Assembly: GCA_010093705.1 (NCBI GenBank)
Contig: MU006102.1
Location: 500,123 to 563,227 of the forward strand
Reading direction: 5' to 3'
Source of the DNA: Patellaria atrata CBS 101060
Taxonomy: Eukaryota
Length of the DNA: 63,105 bases
Shown: piece by piece, positions 50,216-61,960 of the stretch
Numbering within the stretch: position 1 is the stretch's first letter
How the letters are laid out: every line of letters begins with the position of its first letter
Program-made: the position numbers and the translations under genes
The notes under the pieces: generated by a model
What the model saw: only the letters and a program-made list of their open reading frames with translations
Database searches by the model: none
What the model was told of the DNA's origin: nothing

Positions 50216-51700
50216 CTACAACCTGGGCCCCTTCCTCTCCCCATCCACCTCCATCCCCTCCAACACCCTCACAACCTCACTCGCACACCCAACCGAATTC
50301 TGAAACCCCGCTCCCGCATGCCCATACGAATGCACCACCACCCATTCCCCTTTCCCATCCCCCATCCTCACCCTCTCCCCCTCAACCCTCACACCCCCCC
50401 TCCGTCCCGGCCTAAGTCCAACCCTCACATCCAGCACCTCAAACCCCCCCTCATCCAGCAGCTCCGGCGCATACGCCCCACACCTCTCTAATATCTCCCT
50501 CGTCACGCCCGGCTCCGGAACTGTACTCCAATTCCCCTCCTCCTTCGTCCCGCCAAGAACAGTAAGCTCCTCCGACGGCTGCGGGATCAGATACGTAACG
50601 CCCCCATTCCCAGCCTTGGGTCCTGCGTCGTTCACACCAGGTCCACCTCCCTCGACGGTCGTCAGAGCCCCAGCGACACCGCGCACGCGCACCGTCTGTC
50701 CCGCAATCGGGTATACGGTCTCGTCTGGCACGAGGCTCCGCGCGGCGAGGCCGGTGCAGTTCACGAACCCTGACGTGGTGGGGACGAGGAGGGAGGCGGT
50801 GGCGAGGGCAAGGGGAAGGGGGGAGGGGAGGGTGTGTTTGAGGATGCGTCCACCGAGGGAAAGGAAGAGGGTGGTGAGGTGGGAGAGGTAGAGGGGGGGC
50901 CAGATGGTGAGGGAGGTGTAGGTTGCGCCTGCTGTTGTGTTGGATGGGAGGGAGGAAGGGGGGATGGGGATGTAGGACTGGACGTGGGGGGCGAACCAGG
51001 GGGGTCTTTGGGGGGAGGTGGAAGGGGTGCATCGGTATAGGGTTGAGGGGATGAGCTGGAGGTGTAAGCTGGGTGGGCGTGCGGTTGCGAGAGAGAGAGG
51101 TGAAGGTTCTGGGGGGATGGGTGGGAAGAGTGGGAAGAGTGGGGAGAGTGGCTTACGGTTAGTCCGGAGCTGGTAGGCTCGCCTGACTTCTTGTTTTCGC
51201 GGGCTATCAGGTCCATCCAGTGGTCGTAGGTTTCGATGTCCCATTTCTGCTGACGGAGGTCATCTTCGGAGGCGTGGGTGCGCCATTGAGCTCCTGCCCT
51301 GTAAGGAACCGAGAAGATTAGAATGTTTTCATGTAAGGTTTCTTTCTTGTTTCTTCGAAGTGAAAGGGAGGATTTTGAAGTGAACGAGTCTGATTTGGTT
51401 GGATAACATTGAGGAATATAGGATACAAGAAATGATAAGCGTGTAGATAGACGCAATGAGGGATTTTTTCCCTCAGAAGGAACTATTTAGTAAGAAAGAT
51501 TATTACCACAGTGAAGTATAATAGGGATCATTATCCTCATATGTGCTTTTGGTTATAATAGTAACATCGTATTTTTTAGCTTCAAGAAGCGTCACACCTG
51601 TTTGGAGCCCCGTAACTCCAGCTCTACTTCAATTTAGTAAATCAGGTAATAGTTTAGTTCGAGAAACTTACCCGATGACAACTATATGTCTCTTAGTCAT
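50216..51700 (-). CDS. D-amino acid oxidase (FAD-dependent), multi-exon
   Basis: MTKRHIVVIG|AGVTGLQT dinucleotide fold, TSLW|AGAQW, VNCTGLAA, VGLRPGR and VVHSYGHAGAGFQNSVGCA; C-terminal PRL is PTS1-like. Confidence 0.93.
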
Positions 51701-52449
51701 TTTCAAACGGGTTGTGAAAGGAACACGGTATTAGATGTTATTTTATGATGAGAGTGCATTTACTGTGTTGTTCTGAAGCAGCAAGGTGAAATTGGAAGGT
51801 ATCCTATGCTGAGTCATAACTACCTTGTTTATAGCTAAGGGTATGGGGTACGATGGATTGAGGTGATTGTTAATCACAACCAAATATCACTAGAGTCACT
51901 AAAGGAGGCGCGAATTATAGCAACGTAGTGTATTCAGGCAGACATGCTACTCTGAAGAATAAAGCCCAAATGATGATTTATGCTTAACAGCAATTGAAGA
52001 CAATCTGCCAGATCCATTCCGACCCATACTCCAACGCCAACCGGACCTATGCGATACGAAATCGAAAGCAGTCCCCTCCACAGCAAAAGCAGTCTCCTCC
52101 ACAGAGAAAGTCCTCATAGTCGTAAAGTTCGTGGAGATACGCTGACGTCGTTTTAGTAATGTACACAAGGAAGAAGATTCGTCGAATGTGTGACATGCTA
52201 TTAGGAATTTAGAGACGGGGGACTTCGTCGGACGTCTCGGTTTCGCTGTTGGTGCCATCATCTAATCATAAACATGTCAATATTGTACAAATATAATAAA
52301 CCGTAGACCAGCCTCTATTTGAAAAGAGGTAATCCACAGGTTTGAAAGTACAATCAAGATGATGACGTTCTCAACGTAGACAAAGCAACAACCAAACATA
52401 GAGAATTAGAAAGTCCTCGAGTTTGAAATTGCAAGTCGTCCGAATAAGG

Positions 52450-53308
52450 TCACAAATCGTCGATTGGACCCAAGTAAGAGAGCCAAGTGGTGTAAACCTC
52501 ATCTGGGACGACAACCGGACTGACGGGATTGATGGGATCGCTTTCGGGATCGAACTTACCAGCCAAAATGCTGAAATCATCGTCCCCGAGGTTCCCGCGG
52601 CGAGCAGACGCATCGAGTGAATCCCGGAGCAGAATAGCGTTCTCGGCGCTCAGGGCTACATCGTGCATGGTGTCCATAATGGCTCGATTAAGTCTGCCGT
52701 CTTCGACCGTAGTAGCTGGATTGCGTGGACGGACAGCCATGTGCTCGACGTAAGATTGCACCAAGCTATTATGCGCACTGAGGATAGCTGTAACCAAGTC
52801 CTGGGCAAGCTGGTGTGGATTAGAACCGATTTACAACGTAACAAAAAGATTGAGAAAGAAAACTAGAACATACCTGTGAAAGATGCACCGCATCGTCCTG
52901 ATCATTCTGTTCAATAGCCGCGAGTCGGGCTTCGCGCTCGTCTAAATCGCGCTCCCTAACACGGAGCAATTCTCTAGCTTCTTCAAGTTCTGCACCGTGT
53001 CGCGCGACAGAGGCAAGGTATTCATGCAGTCGACGGCCAGCAATGACCTCTATACTGACGTTAGCCGAGAGTTTTCGAAGCTCATGGACAGTAAAGGGGC
53101 TGTTTTTATGAACTAGAGACTTACGCTGTCCGTCACTGAAAGGTGCACTGGCGTGCAAGCCGGTATCACGATGGGCATAATAGCACTCATCATCGGTCTT
53201 GATGCAACCACCAGCGTACATCCAGTAGAAGCACGTTATAGGAATCGGAAAATCCTTTGGGAGCTGTGGGTGTGCCCCCGTATTGGCTGATACGACGTTA
53301 ATACTCAT
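52450..53308 (-). CDS. CCCH zinc-finger and coiled-coil protein (3 exons)
   Basis: TCFYWMYAGGCIKTDDECYYAH CCCH finger; coiled coil ELEEARELLRVRERDLDEREARL; GT-AG introns near 53124 and 52873. Confidence 0.7.
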
Positions 53309-54740
53309 GTTCTTTGAAAAGGAGGGCCAAAGTTAGATATACATCCAGCAGTATGGCTGTCAACAGTAGGGTTGTCAACAACCGGCTCAGCGCGTTCACG
53401 CCAGTTGGCTTGGACGCGGGAAGGATGGTTGAAATTGACGCGTGGATGCATGTCTACGGTAGTTCAATTGAAAAAAAAGTCCCTCGTTGAGAAAGGAGGT
53501 TTTAGTAAATGATGTGAGCTTGACAAAGGAAATTGTAGAAAGGAGCAATGTGATTTGACACCACGCGTTCTCAAGTGCGATTTTCGTTGTGTCGTCGTCT
53601 CTAAAAGATTGTTGAGAAAGGAGGGTGTGAGGAAGAAAATCTCAAAAAAGGAAGCGAGGGGGAGGGCCTCTTTATAGCAAGAGTTCAGCGGCGGGGCGTT
53701 TGTGACTCCTAATTAGAAAGTTTCGGCTCGAAAGGGAAGTGAAGACGAAGTTTTTGAGGTCATGAGGTGCGTTGCTAGCTTGTGAAGAGAGTTGTAAGAT
53801 ACAAAAGTCAAGAAAAGCAAACGAGACCCCTGTCAAAGGTACTGTCTGTGGACTAGCTTGAGGTAAAGGAGATTGGACTATCAGGTTGGGAAGCTTGATT
53901 TGAAATTGATATAGGTGTGTGAGAAGGAATTATGCTCTCGAATATGAACTTTTCAAAATGAAGCCAACGCATTTGCACGAAATATCTGTATTTGAGCAAA
54001 TTTGCGCGTTTGACATACTAATTTAGAAATTTATGACTGCACCCACAAAGTGGAGACAGCTCTGTGGTCTTCGAAGATTTGTGGCATTGGAGGTTAGAGT
54101 TGCCCTCGGTGGAGAATAAGTGGATGATTTACAACTGCTGGGTCGTAGAGTCACAGACTTGCAACCTAAAAAGAGATGAGCATAAGATTCTTATGATAGA
54201 GGCTTGAAAAAGTCCCTGAACTCTTAAAGACTTACATTTATTTTCTCCTGTCATGGCATTCCATATTTACTTAACGCTCACTCTTAGGCGACGTCTCTAG
54301 GAGAACGTAAACAATGGAACCTCCGTACCTCGGATTAGGTCATACAGACAGCAGACATAAGCATGTAGTTCGGATTGACGGCTAGGGGTAGCAGTCTATC
54401 AAAAAGCTTACGGAACTAAAGGGGTTCATCGTCATATAAGGGGCAAGGTCCGGAGGAAAGGTCGTCGTCGCCACGGAAATAGGTAGATTATATCATATCC
54501 TTACGAGTCGGTAACAACGACTGAATTAAAGAAACATCTAGTACTATATAAAAGTGAGTATTAAGATCAATTTAGAGAAGTACCTCTAAATTATTTCTTA
54601 AGCTCTGCGCCAGGTCGAATTGAGGCTTAAATCAGTCCTTTTTGGAACTTCCGATGATTATGGAAAGGACTTTTCGGCCAGGCCTTGGAGTCCCTTATAG
54701 ATTAGTTTTCTATCTGTGAGCATTATATACCATCGTCTTC

Positions 54741-55745
54741 TTATTCTGCTTCTTCTTCGTCGTCAGTAACCTCAAGTCCCTCCTCCTTTGCCCTTTCCCT
54801 GCGTTTTCGTGCGCGCTCTTTCTTCTTTTCGAGTAACTTCTTCAAATGTTTCGCAGAATTAAAAACACCATGGGTATCAGCACCACAGGCCGCACAGGCA
54901 GGATTTTTCCGGTATCGTTGAAGAGCACAATCTTCGCAAAAGTAATGGCCGCACTTTGTGGTGACCGGGAACTTGTAAGATTCCTTGCAAATGATACATG
55001 CAAAGGGGATATTTTCCAGTAAGGTATTGTCCTCATCATTTTCGGCATCATCTAATCTTGCTGCTCTATTCGCTGACGCTACTGTCTGACCAGCAACCTT
55101 CTTCCCTTTCGTTCCTACCTCCCAATCTCGATCTAGCTCCCAACCCTGCTTATAGTCTTCACGCGCATGCAGGAACTTGCAGTTGTCACCAAAACCACAG
55201 AATCCGGTCTGCTTATAATCCTTGCATACATCCGGTGCATAATCGGTCACGGTGATGGTGCGAATGTTCGTTGGTACCTTTATAGGACCCATCTGACGAT
55301 TTGGGGCGTCAGGATTCTTTTGAATGAAGGTCGCATAGCTTTTTGTGCCCTTGTATGTGTTGCTAGGAGTTGATGCGGGTTCGCTGGGCTTGTTTCGGGT
55401 CTTTCTGAGCAAGTCGGCAGCACTCAGAGGATCTTTGCTACTTTCTTCATACCAGTTTGACTGCCGGGTGGCATCATTCGTCTGGGTTATGGTGGCAGAT
55501 TTATCGGCTTCATGTTTAGGAGCATCGATGGTATCGACGTTCGACTTAGATTTAACAGTACTCGCAGTCAGAATGCCGGCTTTCCTTCTTCTCTTGATCT
55601 TGCGACCGGTTTCATCTTCAGAGGAGAAATCTGATCCAGAATCAGAAGCTGGAGGTGGCGTTACTGGTCGCTTTCTGATGCTGCTTTTGGTTTTACCAGA
55701 ACGCTTCTTGAACACGGTGACGGATTGTTCTGTTTCTATTTCCAT
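54741..55745 (-). CDS. CWC24: Pre-mRNA splicing factor Cwc24 (CCCH plus RING)
   Basis: DYAPDVCKDYKQTGFCGFGDNCKFLHAREDYKQGW and PFACIIC...TKCGHYFCEDCA...CAACG. Confidence 0.97.
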   Translation of the reverse strand: MEIETEQSVTVFKKRSGKTKSSIRKRPVTPPPASDSGSDFSSEDETGRKIKRRRKAGILTASTVKSKSNVDTIDAPKHEADKSATITQTNDATRQSNWYEESSKDPLSAADLLRKTRNKPSEPASTPSNTYKGTKSYATFIQKNPDAPNRQMGPIKVPTNIRTITVTDYAPDVCKDYKQTGFCGFGDNCKFLHAREDYKQGWELDRDWEVGTKGKKVAGQTVASANRAARLDDAENDEDNTLLENIPFACIICKESYKFPVTTKCGHYFCEDCALQRYRKNPACAACGADTHGVFNSAKHLKKLLEKKKERARKRRERAKEEGLEVTDDEEEAE

Positions 55746-56902
55746 GCTTGCAAGGTTATGGATAGCTTGAAGGGTGTAGGTATTCTTTGAGACCAGTTCA
55801 AGGTCTATCTATTCAAGAAGAGGGTTGAAATCTATCCTAGGAAGATTTCTGAGATGAAGTGAAGTGGAATGAAGCTTGGGATGACGAATGGCACTAGAAC
55901 TAATAATACCGAAGCTTCTGCGGAGCTCTATCTTTTTCTTCCCTTGTCACCACCCGATATAAAGAGGTTATAAGTTAATTTATTAATCAGACAGTAGAGG
56001 TTATGCCTTTCTACTTGAGACATGACCTCTTTATAATGTTGGAGCTGGTTGAAGTTGTGCGTTGACTCCAAACGATGCAGTATAGTCATGCCCGCTGTGC
56101 CTCCTGATACCGTAATCCACACTTCATACTGTTTGATACATACCAACATTAATAACCATCAACGCCGTGATTCAATGCAAAACACCAGTGCAACCCCAGA
56201 TTTGCGGCGTCATTTATTACTCATTACCTTATTAGCCATCATTTCGTTATTTTAGTCAATTTAGGGGCCAATGAAAATTGATCCTAGTATTCGTGGTGGA
56301 TGATTATTTGGTCCTCCCGTCTTTGCTAGGATCTTTGCCCCGATCAAGGAAACACAACACCAAAACACAACATTCCATTTTCTTTCACCTTGCTCACCAC
56401 TTTCTCCCTCTTACGCTCTCTTAATATTTGCCCCTAGGCCTTCTCATCTTACTGTCTTGATTCCTTTGTTCGACTTTTCTTACGTTTGCCTCGGCTTGTC
56501 TAAGGATACATCCTCTGTAGCTCTCCGCAACGCGTCTTGCACTATTAACACAAGGGCTTAGCGCTACGCCCGCGTCCCCTCCTATCATTCTATAATCACA
56601 ACAAAGCGCAGCATCTCTGTTCTTTTCCGCGCGCAGAAGCAACGAGTAGACTACACTCAATACGACATTGCTGTTATTTTCGCGTGCCAACATTGTGATT
56701 AGCAATATACCCCTCCACGATCAACCTTCGACGACTTGCTTTAGGAGTACGGACGGTTCCGCCAAGGCCTACGGCTCTTCATACCTATTAGACCGCCTTC
56801 TACAGCAATTGTTGACCTGCTGTCCCTCTGAAACGTAGTGTACGGATGAACAAATAAGATATTCAGGCAAAAAGGCGGGTCAAGTACAACGGGAAGGGTA
56901 GA

Positions 56903-59900
56903 ATGGCAACAATGGGAAATCCTCCTCCTGGTGCCGTACCAGTCGGAGATCGTGAAGTGGATCCGTTCAGTTCTAACTCATCTCAAGACGGACACCGTCA
57001 ACGCTATGCTGGCTACGATGATTTATCATTTGCATCCTTTGGCTCAACTTCACAGACAAAACGAGCCCTTGAAGCACATCTGGCGGAAACAGAACGACGA
57101 CTTCAGGAAGCTTCGCAACTGGGCACGGTGCTGGTTCAGCAAAGAGCCCAATTGGCAGACAGGTTGAGTGAGATTGAGGCACAACAAGGTGATAGTGAGA
57201 TAGGACCCGAGCTGCAAAAAAAGTTGGCGGAGTTGGAAAAAGAATTTAATGAAGTGGGTAGAGAAACAGCTCGTGCATTTATTCCGAAATCACGCGTACC
57301 CAGTGGTGGAGAGCCGAATGACAACCTAGGGGCACCATCAGTGTTGTCAAGCGAAGCCGCACATTCTCCTTCAAAAGTTAGCGTACCCTCTCGTAAACAG
57401 CGAAACCAGCAACCCAGCCGCGTACATGACATCAAGCTCGCTACAGAAATCAGCAGCTCGCTATTATCTCAATTAAGGGAACTGCAAGCCGTACTATCTG
57501 AGAAAGATGAAGCCCTCAAATCTGTGGATTTGGAAAAATCACGCTTAGAGATTGAGGTTCAGGGCTTGAATCAGAGATTACGTGCTCTCGACGAGAGTGA
57601 GCAGAGATATAAAGACGAGAACTGGACCCTAGAAACGCAGGTTCGTGAGCTGACAGATGCGAATCGAGCATTGTCCGAACGGGAACAACGTCTAGCCCTG
57701 GGTCTTGAGGTTACTAGAAGTCAAAAATCGACGCTAGAAAGTAAATTTGAGGAGCTCAAACAGCTTCATGGGAAATTGACCGAAGATCATGCCGTTACTA
57801 CAAAACAGCATGAAACGGAGCTGAGCACCTTGCGTCGGAATGTTGGTGCTAGCGAGACAGAGAAGGGTTCTCTCCAGCGGAAAATTGAGGAGCTCACTTC
57901 CCAAAATCAAGAGCTGGCGAAGGCTATCTCCTATCGTATGCGAGCCGATGAGCAAGCTGCCGCACGAGATACTGCCTCCGAGTCCGAAGATATCGATGCT
58001 GATCGTGTTACCCCCGAGCATTCTCCGCCACCTTCTCCAAGCAAGGCGACACCGAGACATGGTCATCTAGAAACGGAGACTTTGAAGAGTTCTCTCCATC
58101 ACGCCCACCGTATGATTCAGAACCTCAAAAACAACATTCACCGAGAGAAGACTGAAAAACTCGAATTAAAGCGAATGTTACAGGATGCAAGAGACGAACT
58201 TGAAGCAAAGAGAGGTGATGGTGTCTTGAACAGCGCTAGTAAGAGGCGTAAAGCAAACTCATCTCAGCAAGATCTCTTCAAAAAACCAGCTAAACCAGAC
58301 AGGCTTGGAGCTGCGAGAGGAAGTAGGGAGGAGATATTGCTCGATGAAGAGTGGGAAGAGCATGATGCAGAGGAATCACCTAGTAGGAAAGCCAGATCAA
58401 ATATTGCGTATACAAGCTCGGGTGTAGATACTTCTACCGATGCTTTTGAGACTGCTACCGAACATTCGGATGCGTTTGAGACTGCCAATGAACGGGAAGT
58501 CATCGAAACGGAAACGGATGCATTTCAGACTGGCGCTGAAACGCTTGACGGCAACAGTAGCGATGATCTGACGGAAACCGAAGCTGGGCCATCGGTAGAA
58601 GGTGTTTCTCGGGGTCGCAGACCGGCTCCACTTAATAGGACATCGTACATGAGCACTGCGTCAACATCCGCGGATGAGTTTGATGATGATGTACGGACAC
58701 CTGTTCAGAACCAGACGCCTCGCTATAGGCTCAAGATTAATCGCGGAGGTTATCGTAAAAGCAGTCACTCCAACGGAGACACTCCCGCAAGTTCTAGAGA
58801 TTCTCCTGCTAGCTTTGCCAGTACCGCAAGTCCTGCACCAGGTCAAAGTTTGTATGCTGAACTGGGAGATCTCAGCGATGGTGAAAGCGATGAGGGTAGC
58901 TATGCTGAGGGTACGCCAAGTCGATCACGTATGGTTTCAAGGGAGCAATCTCCCGAATTATTACGACAATCTGCAATAAATCGAACCATTGCTGAACATG
59001 CAGCCCAACCAAAGGTACAGATGGCCGATTCGGGTATGATGACGGAACCGTGGGAACCTGGACCTAATAAGAGCGTATTGACCAACGCATCCAATGCTGT
59101 TAGAACTGCACTTGCTGGCGGTCTTGTTTTAGGAAGAGATGATAAAGATGTAAAAGGGACTGATCAGGAAATCTCCTCTAGTACTCCACCAACTATCACT
59201 CCAGAACTCCCGAGAGAACAGCCTCTGCCGAAGACTACATCTACCTCAGTCTCTATTCCTTTAACCCTATCAGAGATTGTTGTTCAGTCAACCGAGCCAG
59301 TCGAGGCTATCACTAAGGAAACTCCACCCACGCGATTACACCTTTCAGCTATATCCTCGCAGCACACAGTCCCTCTCAACCCAATAACAGAAGAAGTGCA
59401 ACCAAAGCTGCTGGGGGTGTCCACTATTGTGTTTCAGCACACGGAACCGTCCACTACTACTGTCAAAGAGTCACCGCCGATACCCTTCATTCTATCAAAT
59501 ATTGCATCTCAGCATACAGACCCTATCGATTCTACGGCAACAAGGCCGAAATCGTTTGACATATCGAAGATTATTTCCCAGCAAACAGAGCCAATTAATT
59601 CGAAAATCAAAGAATCACAACCGATATCATTGGCCGTCCCGACGAAATCCCAACCAACACCGTTACATCTGTCGGCCATTACATATCAGCAGACTGAACC
59701 TATTGAACCTATTGTCAAGAAAGTAGTGCCGAAACCCCTGGGCTTCTCTGGCGTCTCCTCTCAGCATACTGAACCAGTAGATGCTGTGCGGCGAACACAA
59801 TTCGTTTTCTCAACAGGAAACACACTACAATCCGAACCAGAGTCTCCAGTTATCCAGAAAGATAGGGACTATGCCTCAGCAGGTGGGGTTTCAGAGATCC

Positions 59901-61960
59901 CTACAATTAAACATAATTTCCCGTCAACGGTTGTTGCTAAGCCAGCGTCGTCTATTTCGGAGATCTACAGTCAGCACATCGCACCTTCCGATCCATCACG
60001 TCCATCCACTGCTCATCGAATGGTTGTGCCCACTCGCGCTGCAGAGGGTCAAGATAGTCCCAGTGATGAGACGAGGGCAAAGTTTGAACAACGTACTTCA
60101 CGGGACGCGGACGGTGGAAAAGGCGGATTTTTGTCTTCAGTATTCGGATGGCGAGAACCTTCGTCCATGACTGAGAATGATGTGGTAGAAGAGAAGCCTC
60201 GCTATCATACTGATCAGAATGAGTCTCAAACAGAGAAGAGAAGCACATATCCTTCCTCAACGAAAGAAGGCCGTGTACCATTTGCACCGATAGCAGCAAA
60301 TATCGCTCAAGGTACTGCTATCCCTCGCGATGCATCTCCTACACGTAAACCGCGCGCAAAATTAGTTGATGGTGGTACTCAGACAATGATGTCTGCAGAC
60401 GAACTTGATAAGCTTCTAAAAAAGAGGAGATCATCTTCTGGATCAGTGATCGCTGCTCCAGTGCCGATTAAAGTACCTGTTTCTCCTTCAAAAACTACAT
60501 TTTCTCCTCCTAGCCCTAGGAAAACTCAATATCCCACTGGAGAAAAACCCCCCCGTCGACCTGGTAGTGCGAATAGCATGCGGAGTCGAACAGCATCACC
60601 GCCTCCCTTGCCCGCAGATCACAAAGAAGTCATTGCAGCAGCAGCACAAAGGAGTACGACTCCTACGATTGGCTCGATGGGCCCTCCCATCTTACCAGCC
60701 TCTGCATACCGTACAAGCGGAAACATGGGTTCTCGTGGTTCCAGCGGTTTAGCATCACCGGGGAGACCAGATTCCAGAGCAAGTGCTACGCCTCGGCCTA
60801 TAAAGGTTGGTGTACCTCGAAGTGAAGCTTCTGCAAGTCGTCGTGGATCAGTATCGTCTTTTGCTTCTGAGATTGATCATCGATTCAACATTAAACAAAA
60901 TGGGGGAATGCCAGATCCATTTGGTCCTGGATTCAATACTGACCCTAGAATGATTCAAGCAATTACTCAGACGATGATTGGTGAATACCTTTGGAAATAT
61001 ACTCGTAAAGCTGGGAGATCTGAAATGTCAGAGACTCGACATCGACGCTTCTTCTGGGTACATCCCTATACACGTACATTGTATTGGAGTGCAACGGATC
61101 CTGCAACTGCTGGAAAGGCCCAATTGAAGGCAAAGAGTGTTCAAATAGAGGCTGTAAGAGTGATTACCGATGATAACCCAATGCCACCAGGTCTTCATAG
61201 AAAGAGCTTGATAATTATCACGCCAGGACGAAACGTTAAGTTCACTGCAACTACCGGTCAACGCCATGAAACCTGGTTCAATGCCCTTTCGTATCTTCTT
61301 CTTCGAACAAGCGCAGAGCGAGAGGATGAGGGAGCACTAACAGCCGAAGATGTCGAAGAATTCAATCCCGGGGGTTATCGAAGCAGTTCAAGGATGACAG
61401 GTAGATCGAGGGCGTCTCTTTCATCGTACCATAGCCGTACTACTCGTGATGCATCGCCAAATCGCATCCAGCAACCGAGTCTGACGTCTCGAAATCCTTC
61501 TACTGCGCAACGAGCTTCTAGCGTTCAACCGTCCGGGTCATTATCTGGTCGATTAAGTAGTCTCAGTGGGATGTTTCGCCCTCAATCCACGATAAGGAGC
61601 TCACTCTCTGGTCGAAGGAGTAGACAGAGCACTGGTCATGGCGAAATCTATGACGCCTCTGTGGTTCACGACTCTGCGGAGGATCTCAGACAAGTCATTC
61701 AGTCTCAAGAGAGGGAAGCAGATCGGTTAGAGAATGTTCGTGCTTGCTGCGATGGTGAGTTTTATATCTCCTCTTCAGGCTCTGGTCCTGTATCATTGAC
61801 ATGGTTTCTAGGTAAACATGACGTGGGCTCTTTGACGCATAAAGCTCGTCACGGTAGTAAAACAAGCCGCCACTCGCACTCCCACAATCACAATCATACT
61901 AGTTCCAAGGGACATCATCATCATGAAGCTGAGATGGACCCTGCAAACTATACCAATTGA
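56903..61960 (+). CDS. apsA: ApsA/Num1 cortical dynein/mitochondria anchor (coiled coil plus C-terminal PH domain)
   Basis: 1685-codon ORF; N-terminal coiled coils (RVHDIKLATEIS, NNIHREKTEK); Num1-type PH domain IQAITQTMIGEYLWKYTRK...RRFFWVHPY...WFNALSYL; LENVRACCDG|KHDVG with an intron at 61755-61811. Confidence 0.93.
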   Translation: MATMGNPPPGAVPVGDREVDPFSSNSSQDGHRQRYAGYDDLSFASFGSTSQTKRALEAHLAETERRLQEASQLGTVLVQQRAQLADRLSEIEAQQGDSEIGPELQKKLAELEKEFNEVGRETARAFIPKSRVPSGGEPNDNLGAPSVLSSEAAHSPSKVSVPSRKQRNQQPSRVHDIKLATEISSSLLSQLRELQAVLSEKDEALKSVDLEKSRLEIEVQGLNQRLRALDESEQRYKDENWTLETQVRELTDANRALSEREQRLALGLEVTRSQKSTLESKFEELKQLHGKLTEDHAVTTKQHETELSTLRRNVGASETEKGSLQRKIEELTSQNQELAKAISYRMRADEQAAARDTASESEDIDADRVTPEHSPPPSPSKATPRHGHLETETLKSSLHHAHRMIQNLKNNIHREKTEKLELKRMLQDARDELEAKRGDGVLNSASKRRKANSSQQDLFKKPAKPDRLGAARGSREEILLDEEWEEHDAEESPSRKARSNIAYTSSGVDTSTDAFETATEHSDAFETANEREVIETETDAFQTGAETLDGNSSDDLTETEAGPSVEGVSRGRRPAPLNRTSYMSTASTSADEFDDDVRTPVQNQTPRYRLKINRGGYRKSSHSNGDTPASSRDSPASFASTASPAPGQSLYAELGDLSDGESDEGSYAEGTPSRSRMVSREQSPELLRQSAINRTIAEHAAQPKVQMADSGMMTEPWEPGPNKSVLTNASNAVRTALAGGLVLGRDDKDVKGTDQEISSSTPPTITPELPREQPLPKTTSTSVSIPLTLSEIVVQSTEPVEAITKETPPTRLHLSAISSQHTVPLNPITEEVQPKLLGVSTIVFQHTEPSTTTVKESPPIPFILSNIASQHTDPIDSTATRPKSFDISKIISQQTEPINSKIKESQPISLAVPTKSQPTPLHLSAITYQQTEPIEPIVKKVVPKPLGFSGVSSQHTEPVDAVRRTQFVFSTGNTLQSEPESPVIQKDRDYASAGGVSEIPTIKHNFPSTVVAKPASSISEIYSQHIAPSDPSRPSTAHRMVVPTRAAEGQDSPSDETRAKFEQRTSRDADGGKGGFLSSVFGWREPSSMTENDVVEEKPRYHTDQNESQTEKRSTYPSSTKEGRVPFAPIAANIAQGTAIPRDASPTRKPRAKLVDGGTQTMMSADELDKLLKKRRSSSGSVIAAPVPIKVPVSPSKTTFSPPSPRKTQYPTGEKPPRRPGSANSMRSRTASPPPLPADHKEVIAAAAQRSTTPTIGSMGPPILPASAYRTSGNMGSRGSSGLASPGRPDSRASATPRPIKVGVPRSEASASRRGSVSSFASEIDHRFNIKQNGGMPDPFGPGFNTDPRMIQAITQTMIGEYLWKYTRKAGRSEMSETRHRRFFWVHPYTRTLYWSATDPATAGKAQLKAKSVQIEAVRVITDDNPMPPGLHRKSLIIITPGRNVKFTATTGQRHETWFNALSYLLLRTSAEREDEGALTAEDVEEFNPGGYRSSSRMTGRSRASLSSYHSRTTRDASPNRIQQPSLTSRNPSTAQRASSVQPSGSLSGRLSSLSGMFRPQSTIRSSLSGRRSRQSTGHGEIYDASVVHDSAEDLRQVIQSQEREADRLENVRACCDGEFYISSSGSGPVSLTWFLGKHDVGSLTHKARHGSKTSRHSHSHNHNHTSSKGHHHHEAEMDPANYTN
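59260..59990 (+). repeat. Degenerate intragenic tandem peptide repeats in apsA
   Basis: About 9 imperfect units with the core (L/F)SxIxxQ(H/Q)TEP, e.g. LSEIVVQSTEP, LSAISSQHTVP, VSTIVFQHTEP, LSNIASQHTDP, ISKIISQQTEP, LSAITYQQTEP, FSGVSSQHTEP. Confidence 0.85.

Noticed and set aside
47935..51456. Many overlapping alternative-frame and antisense ORFs (e.g. 47935..48444, 50451..51032, 50761..51456)
   Set aside because: They are shadows of real genes, caused by stop-poor C/G-skewed sequence.
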